From the NCBI GenBank assembly GCA_951406725.2, contig OX597817.1, positions 66,774,001 to 66,838,000 of the forward strand: 64,000 bases of DNA, written 5' to 3'. Position numbers and translations under genes: made by a program. Within the stretch, counting starts at the first letter, position 1. The number at the start of each line of letters is the position of its first letter. This DNA is from Octopus vulgaris (Eukaryota). Shown here in pieces: positions 62,191 through 64,000 of the stretch. Under the pieces are notes generated by a model that worked only from the letters and a program-made list of their open reading frames with translations, did no database searches and was not told where the DNA came from.

Positions 62191-62431
62191 TGATGATGAT
62201 AATAATAATAATAATAAAAACAATAACAATAATAATAAAGTTGACTAACAGTGACAAGCATTCTTTCATCACAGTGAAGTAAGGCTGTTTGGAGATTAAG
62301 GTACAGCATTGTGGTATGTAAACAGTGATGGTAGATGCAGTAGAGCTTTCTGAGAAGACAGAACCTACATCTGATTCCGAATTGTCCTGCTGCTGCCGTT
62401 GTTGTTCCAGAGATACTGAGCCATCAGCACT
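7861..62431 (-). CDS. DENND3: DENN domain-containing protein 3-like Rab GEF with C-terminal WD40 repeats; 22 exons in window, 5'-partial
   Basis: join(62250-62431,57363-57477,55988-56185,54726-54866,47498-47652,46178-46288,44982-45066,39033-39163,36272-36428,31923-32062,25296-25456,23105-23209,22818-22992,21927-22057,20802-20961,19583-19776,18745-18851,16925-17070,16516-16652,11870-11997,10498-10635,7861-8100). All introns are GT-AG, all phases match, total 3237 nt. DENN motifs ([46 protein letters not shown]); C-terminus [22 protein letters not shown] resembles DENND3 as I recall it. Confidence 0.9.
8165..8590 (-). mobile_element. tRNA-derived SINE with RTE-like (GAT)n tail, diverged
   Basis: Head matches the 9430 SINE; tail matches the RTE 3' end at 44480-44630. 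Confidence 0.7.
8925..9153. mobile_element. piggyBac-like MITE family (copies also at 17240-17372 and 37688-37914; a different MITE with similar ends at 31394-31622)
   Basis: Ends TTAACCCTTTAGCATT...AATGCTAAAGGGTTAA-type inverted termini with TTAA. Confidence 0.6.
9430..9832 (+). mobile_element. Full-length tRNA-derived SINE (family A), (GTAAAAGA)n tail
   Basis: A-box-like gtggctgtgtggt and B-box-like ggttcagtccc. Other copies at ~17530-17965(+), 19360-19490(+), 28005-28170(-), 37050-37485(-), 38500-38900(-), 52490-52740(-), 59125-59510(-). Confidence 0.85.
10135..10330 (+). repeat. Old ~200-bp (AAC)n-tailed interspersed repeat (about 20 copies in window)
   Basis: Consensus ...gacctgctagaaatagcagccaaatct...ggataatg...gatcagggctgacctggggctaaacaacaac; copies listed in findings. 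Confidence 0.7.
10498..10635 (-). CDS. DENND3: DENND3-like exon w21 (WD40)
   Basis: aag|[16 protein letters not shown]...VKAKDM|gtaagt; phase 0/0. Confidence 0.88.
11870..11997 (-). CDS. DENND3: DENND3-like exon w20 (WD40)
   Basis: cag|[12 protein letters not shown]...LTENDE|gtaaaa; phase 1/0. Confidence 0.87.
12760..13010 (-). mobile_element. LINE (CR1/jockey-like) 3' remnant
   Basis: Minus-strand translation [13 protein letters not shown]...[10 protein letters not shown] is typical of an ORF2 C-terminus. Confidence 0.5.
13620..14540 (+). mobile_element. Decayed mariner (DD34D-type) transposase relic
   Basis: Fragments [33 protein letters not shown]; many stops. Confidence 0.6.
15040..16380. 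mobile_element. Decayed Ty1/Copia (GalEa-like) relic: gag on + (~15040-15600), RT/RNase H on - (~15600-16380)
   Basis: +: [22 protein letters not shown]...EKLDELF. -: [12 protein letters not shown]...[34 protein letters not shown]. Confidence 0.7.
16516..16652 (-). CDS. DENND3: DENND3-like exon w19 (WD40)
   Basis: cag|[19 protein letters not shown]...NFLWC|gtaagt; phase 2/1. Confidence 0.9.
16925..17070 (-). CDS. DENND3: DENND3-like exon w18 (WD40)
   Basis: tag|[21 protein letters not shown]...EAERK|gttagt; phase 0/2. Confidence 0.88.
18250..18365 (-). mobile_element. Tiny mosaic RTE fragment
   Basis: [11 protein letters not shown] fused directly to [21 protein letters not shown]. Confidence 0.8.
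18745..18851 (-). CDS. DENND3: DENND3-like exon w17 (WD40)
   Basis: cag|[22 protein letters not shown]...LGDV|gtaagt; phase 1/0. Confidence 0.88.
19070..19300 (+). mobile_element. tRNA-derived SINE (family B); other copies at 62570-62785(-) and a partial dimer at 63075-63480(-)
   Basis: ggcagcgagctggcag...ttctgagttcaaattcc (B box)...gtaaagaaat; copies are mutually alignable. Confidence 0.8.
19583..19776 (-). CDS. DENND3: DENND3-like exon w16
   Basis: cag|CQHSLAAS...LRLLYLSR|gtaaat; phase 2/1. Confidence 0.85.
19800..20250 (+). mobile_element. 3' remnant of a restriction-like-endonuclease LINE (HERO-like)
   Basis: [34 protein letters not shown]...[10 protein letters not shown]. Confidence 0.6.
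20445..20734. repeat. ~290-nt fold-back inverted repeat
   Basis: The ~135-nt left arm is the reverse complement of the ~147-nt right arm around an 8-nt loop at ~20578-20586. Confidence 0.9.
20802..20961 (-). CDS. DENND3: DENND3-like exon w15
   Basis: cag|[35 protein letters not shown]...LAIF|gtaata; phase 1/2. Confidence 0.9.
21115..21880. mobile_element. RTE debris (3' end on -, endonuclease fragment and 3'-UTR array units on +)
   Basis: [17 protein letters not shown] matches the RTE ORF; ggtggcatgtaaaaagcacc units at 21760-21850. Confidence 0.7.
21927..22057 (-). CDS. DENND3: DENND3-like exon w14
   Basis: cag|[11 protein letters not shown]...IDGLVIYFA|gtaaat; phase 2/1; not in ORF track. 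Confidence 0.85.
22818..22992 (-). CDS. DENND3: DENND3-like exon w13
   Basis: cag|[13 protein letters not shown]...[10 protein letters not shown]|gtatgc; phase 1/2. Confidence 0.87.
23105..23209 (-). CDS. DENND3: DENND3-like exon w12
   Basis: cag|[14 protein letters not shown]...CKLQKQT|gtaagt; phase 1/1. Confidence 0.83.
23671..23756 (+). ncRNA. Degenerate hammerhead ribozyme (cleavage triplet mutated to GCA)
   Basis: CTGT-CTGATGA-ATTT...AAAT-GAAAC-acat-GCA-ATAG. Confidence 0.55.
23850..24665 (-). mobile_element. Penelope-like element ORF C-terminus (linker plus GIY-YIG endonuclease), 272 open codons
   Basis: [13 protein letters not shown]...[22 protein letters not shown]...SIYQC...FYIGAST...KRISNH...FCNICNSE; the frame is open upstream of the ORF-track start. 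Confidence 0.85.
24711..24803 (+). ncRNA. Type I hammerhead ribozyme, intact core
   Basis: CCTTTCTTTC-CTGATGA-GAAGATTGCATA...TATGTTGTCTTT-GAAAC-atat-GTC-GAGAGtAAAGG; 10-bp stem I with one bulge; GUC triplet. Confidence 0.85.
24880..24954. repeat. Short inverted repeat (21-bp arms), Penelope pLTR-like remnant
   Basis: aaatgtaatatgtgacaatta ... taattgtcacatattacattt. Confidence 0.7.
25296..25456 (-). CDS. DENND3: DENND3-like exon w11
   Basis: tag|[10 protein letters not shown]...LKLPNHDI|gtaata; phase 2/1. Confidence 0.83.
26764..27192. mobile_element. hAT-like MITE
   Basis: Imperfect TIRs cacagtatcccaatct / agatgggaacctgtg; interrupts the transposase. Confidence 0.55.
27263..27567 (-). mobile_element. 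tRNA-derived SINE (family C) with TSD; second copy at 49336-49625
   Basis: Flanked by aaaagactgtatgt / aaaagactgcatgt; tRNA-like head at the high-coordinate end. Confidence 0.85.
28962..29582 (-). pseudogene. Helitron Pif1-like helicase C-terminal fragment
   Basis: Conserved Pif1 motifs with substitutions (KSKDQT for KSQGQT); 5' end fused to AG-rich repeats. Confidence 0.85.
30075..30790. repeat. Three tandem ~220-280-bp units in the Helitron 5' region
   Basis: tgaaatagacagt...tgctagaaatag starts at ~30080, 30363 and 30586. Confidence 0.9.
31923..32062 (-). CDS. DENND3: DENND3-like exon w10
   Basis: cag|[21 protein letters not shown]...NIPS|gttagt; phase 0/2. Confidence 0.87.
32640..32965 (-). 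mobile_element. RTE 3'-end fragment with 3'-UTR array units
   Basis: Reverse complement of ~50650-50965. Confidence 0.85.
34388..34691. mobile_element. MITE with ~70-bp inverted arms
   Basis: ttttttaatgaaattttct...atacctttcaga / tctgaaaggtat...agaaaatttcattaaaaaa. Confidence 0.7.
35275..35450 (-). mobile_element. Diverged tRNA-derived SINE fragment
   Basis: gtggcttagtggttag...ggtttcaattcc on the minus strand. Confidence 0.6.
36272..36428 (-). CDS. DENND3: DENND3-like exon w9
   Basis: cag|[11 protein letters not shown]...[10 protein letters not shown]|gtaagt; phase 2/0. Confidence 0.85.
39033..39163 (-). CDS. DENND3: DENND3-like exon w8 (dDENN end)
   Basis: cag|[13 protein letters not shown]...LSEEL|gtaatt; phase 0/2. 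Confidence 0.87.
39440..39481 (+). promoter_or_regulatory. ETS (CCGGAAGT) and NRF1 (TGCGCATGCGCA) motif cluster in the LTR
   Basis: Exact consensus matches in a CpG-containing patch; a second CCGGAAGT at ~40701. Confidence 0.45.
39768..40671 (+). repeat. ~290-bp direct repeat (39768-40058, 40377-40671), period ~609 bp
   Basis: Near-identical text from aaagttaagtgaatcgtcc to ctacggtg. Confidence 0.93.
40844..44011 (+). CDS. RTE ORF: AP endonuclease plus reverse transcriptase with internal PHD-like zinc finger (1055 aa)
   Basis: GTLNV, QE, GDFN, QIDYIL; [28 protein letters not shown]; Cys/His cluster between LYADD and YLG. Confidence 0.95.
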   Translation: MQVVLKATLLLHFLHMNSAKCELSFQVHEATVHRPRVSRAHAFHTLRVGTLNVGTLKGRSGEIVEMLERRCVDICCMQEIRWRGGSARFLTGKERRYKIFWAGNTDGVGGVGILIAEKWVDKVIEVIRVSDRILKIRLVLHHSLATIISAYAPQSGLPDGQKDRFYDTLLQTTSLTNDRDLIFVAGDFNGHVGRHAGGFHGVHGGYGYGSRNEEGTRLLEFCDANNLMICNTNFRKPTSHLVTYQSGQHTSQIDYILTRQRERWLLINAKTFPGEECTPQHRLVVSDFRIRTRRTTRRRQIWRRRIWKLKDPANGQRFRDILLEASDEVEGDRASQGVEDSWTFLRDNLLRATDQICGWCKVPSRPRITWWWNNIVDRAIREKRQAWKVWKNGGSRELYQTAKREARRQVYLARGEADKKIFANVLRREDQRLEVFRVARQCVRENRDVVGEKCVRMEDGSLALNEDAKREVWRCHYERLLNEENEWDKESLPNVDPTEGPAIRVDSSVVAKAIRSMKTGKAPGPSGITAEMLKMSGSVGYSLVTHIVNQVIHKGVIPNDWCSSIIVNCYKGKGDALDTNNYRGIKLLDQVMKVTERVIAQLIRERVSLDEMQFGFVPGKSTTDAIFLVRQLQEKYLAKDKPLYLAFVDMEKAFDRVPRSLIWWAMRKLGIDEWLVRAVRAMYRDAASRVRVGNEYSEEFRVEVGVNQGSVLSPLLFIIVLQAITEEFKTGCPWELLYADDLALIAESLSELEEKFQVWKQGLESKGLRVNLAKTKVVISRKVDKSQTPSGRWPFSICRKGVGRNSIRCTKCKLWTHKRCSNVKGRLTRKMVFVCGRCSGTINTENALRPTSVTFQGEKLEIVDSFRYLGDQVSSGGGCAESVTARVRIAWAKFRELLPLLVTKGLSHRVKGRLYDACVRTAMLHGSETWAVTAEDMRKLARNEASMLRWMCNAGTHTRQSVSTLREKLDLRSISCGVQERRLRWYGHVARMDEDSCVKKCHTLAVEGTCGRGRPRKTWDEVVKHDLRTLGLTEEMTRDRDLWKCAVREKTRQDK
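44982..45066 (-). CDS. DENND3: DENND3-like exon w7 (dDENN)
   Basis: cag|[28 protein letters not shown]|gtaatt; phase 2/0. Confidence 0.87.
46178..46288 (-). CDS. DENND3: DENND3-like exon w6 (dDENN start)
   Basis: ttgcag|PTSFSH...[17 protein letters not shown]|gtagac; phase 2/2. Confidence 0.85.
47498..47652 (-). CDS. DENND3: DENND3-like exon w5
   Basis: cag|[12 protein letters not shown]...FDLIEAV|gtaagt; phase 0/2. Confidence 0.88.
47950..48200 (-). mobile_element. Decayed Penelope GIY-YIG remnant
   Basis: [22 protein letters not shown] resembles the GIY-YIG N-terminal motif. Confidence 0.45.
48550..50967 (+). mobile_element. 5'-truncated, decayed RTE copy with nested SINE
   Basis: ORF pieces 48553-48936, 48955-49335 and 49909-50379 align to the intact ORF; in-frame stops; (GAT)n tail. 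Confidence 0.93.
50480..50810 (+). repeat. Five ~66-bp hairpin-forming tandem units in the RTE 3' UTR
   Basis: Cores at 50521, 50586, 50652, 50718, 50784. Confidence 0.9.
51980..52480 (+). mobile_element. Non-autonomous Helitron/DINE-like fragment nested in pogo
   Basis: A|TCTATTATATAAAA start followed by (GTCT)n, typical of such elements; 3' end unclear. Confidence 0.45.
52760..54054 (-). pseudogene. pogo transposase pseudogene
   Basis: Collinear ORF fragments 53872-54054, 53587-53784, 53327-53551, 53105-53317, 52899-53108 separated by stops and frameshifts. Confidence 0.9.
54726..54866 (-). CDS. DENND3: DENND3-like exon w4 (cDENN)
   Basis: cag|[47 protein letters not shown]|gtaagt; phase 0/0. 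Confidence 0.92.
55040..55450 (+). mobile_element. Very old RTE C-terminal relic
   Basis: Degenerate match to the GLSLRVK...WMCNV region. Confidence 0.5.
55988..56185 (-). CDS. DENND3: DENND3-like exon w3 (cDENN)
   Basis: tag|SLCLFGH...[23 protein letters not shown]|gtaaga; phase 0/0. Confidence 0.9.
57363..57477 (-). CDS. DENND3: DENND3-like exon w2
   Basis: cag|LINRVETLH...[12 protein letters not shown]|gtaatt; phase 2/0. Confidence 0.87.
59560..60672 (+). mobile_element. 3' fragment of an RTE (third subfamily) with its own 3'-UTR repeats
   Basis: [16 protein letters not shown]...; 42-bp repeats at 60260-60450. Confidence 0.9.
61160..61582 (+). mobile_element. R4/Dong-like LINE 3' end with (AAT)n tail
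   Basis: [10 protein letters not shown]...[10 protein letters not shown]...[17 protein letters not shown] followed by (AAT)n. Confidence 0.8.
61583..62238 (+). mobile_element. ~555-bp non-coding element bounded by (AAT)n on both sides
   Basis: Higher-GC block between two (AAT)n tracts, consistent with a TAA-targeted retroelement 3' end. Confidence 0.5.
62250..62431 (-). CDS. DENND3: DENND3-like exon w1 (uDENN end)
   Basis: tag|[15 protein letters not shown]...[24 protein letters not shown]|gttagt; phase 0/2; not in ORF track. Confidence 0.85.
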
Positions 62432-64000
62432 CTACAATAGACAATAAAATATAAGTAACATAATTAGATTTAATCTATGGTTTAAATAAATCAAAAAATT
62501 AGCAGAGAATCATAACAGTCAATGGTAGTTCCTTCACTCTATGTAAACAAAATGCATGTCTTATATTGATTTCAAATTTTGACACAAGGCCAGTAATTTC
62601 AAGGTTGGGGGTGAGGTAAGTTGATTACATCAACCCCAGTATTCAACTGGTACTTATTTTATCAACTCCGAAATGATGAAAGGCAAAGTCGACCTTGGCA
62701 GAATTTGAACACAGAACATAAAGATGGACAAAATGCCACTTAACATTTTACCCAGCATGGTAATGGTTCTACCAGCTTGCTGTCTTACATGCCTTATACA
62801 TATTGAAAAACTTAATAAAATATTTTCACATTGGTTATCGATACAAAGTGACATACTTATAAAGATAAGTATTTATTTTACTTTGTATTATCTTTTTCCC
62901 TCTTCCTCTCCTCTGTTTCTTCTCCTTCCATCCAATACTTTTCCCTTTGTTATTCTTTCCACTGCCATCCTCTCACAATAAGTTCTGTTCTTTTCCATCA
63001 TGGAGCACTTTCTTTTGCTTTGCAAGAAACAAGATAACACCAACAGCACTAATACAACAAAAAGCACTAGCACCCAGTAGACACTTATTTCTTCATTGCC
63101 CACAAGGGGGCAAACAAAGACAAACAAAGGGATTAAGTCGATTACATCGACCCCAGTGTATAACTGGTACTTATTTAATCAACCCCGAAAAGATGAAAGG
63201 CAAAGTCGACCTCGGTGGAATTTGAACTCAGAACGTAACGGCAGACGAAATACCTATTTCTTTACTACCCACAAGGGGCTAAACACAGAGAGGACAAACA
63301 AGGACAGACAAACGGATTAATTCGATTACATCGACCCCAGTGCATAACTGGTACTTAATTTATCGACCCCGAAAGGATGAAAAGCAAAGTCAACCTTGGC
63401 GGAATTTGAACTCAGAACGTAGTGGCAGACGAGATACAGCTAAGCATTTCAACCGGTGTGTAACGATTCTACCAGCTTGGCGATGGTAAAGCAGTAGGCA
63501 TTAGGCAGTGCATCAAACTGCAGAAATCTATCCAGAAATGAAACACTGAAGGAGGATGTGGTCCTCTGACGTGTAGAATCCTGATGAACTGTCCGACCCA
63601 TGTCAACCTAGAAAGCACACATAAAATGATGATGATGACAATGGCAGCAGTGACAACGACAGTAGTGGCAGTAATGATGACAATATTTGTGTACTTATGG
63701 CAAGATAGCATTCTATTGATTCCATCAATCTTCCACTCTTTTAACAATAATACTGGTAATTGTTTCTAATATAGGTTAGCCATATAGTGGAAGGGGCTTA
63801 GTTAATTACATTAACTCCAATATTTGAATGGCACTAACATCTTCATCTCTCAATCCATCTTTATATAACTTCTCTATCTCACTCCATATATCCTTGTAAA
63901 CTTCTAGTTTACTGTTTCTTTGTATTTTCCTATATTACTCCACGTCTTTATGACTAATAAAGAAAAAAATTATCATTAATATAATTATTGATTATAAATA

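Overview
AT-rich, microsatellite-dense animal genomic DNA. The SINE, RTE and Penelope repertoire points to a coleoid cephalopod, most likely Octopus (inference). One host gene spans almost the whole window on the minus strand: a DENND3-like Rab GEF (uDENN/cDENN/dDENN, linker, WD40). I reconstructed 22 phase-compatible GT-AG exons from 62431 down to the stop at 7861 (3237 nt, 1078 aa); the 5' exons lie beyond the window. Introns and the 3' flank hold an intact RTE LINE with a PHD-type finger inside its RT, nested in a solo LTR. They also hold two truncated RTEs, a CR1-like LINE, Penelope remnants with hammerhead ribozymes, a pogo transposon, a Helitron, maT/mariner/Copia/Dong/HERO-like relics, MITEs and several SINE families. 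The most unusual signals are: (i) an old (AAC)n-tailed repeat that sits beside exons with its tail usually facing the exon, giving complementary intron ends; (ii) a 4-kb non-coding, hammerhead-bearing Penelope-type element plus further hammerheads; (iii) structured hairpin arrays in RTE 3' UTRs; (iv) a 290-nt intronic fold-back; (v) a 33-bp exon copy templated into a Copia relic. All alignments were made by eye, so repeat boundaries are approximate.
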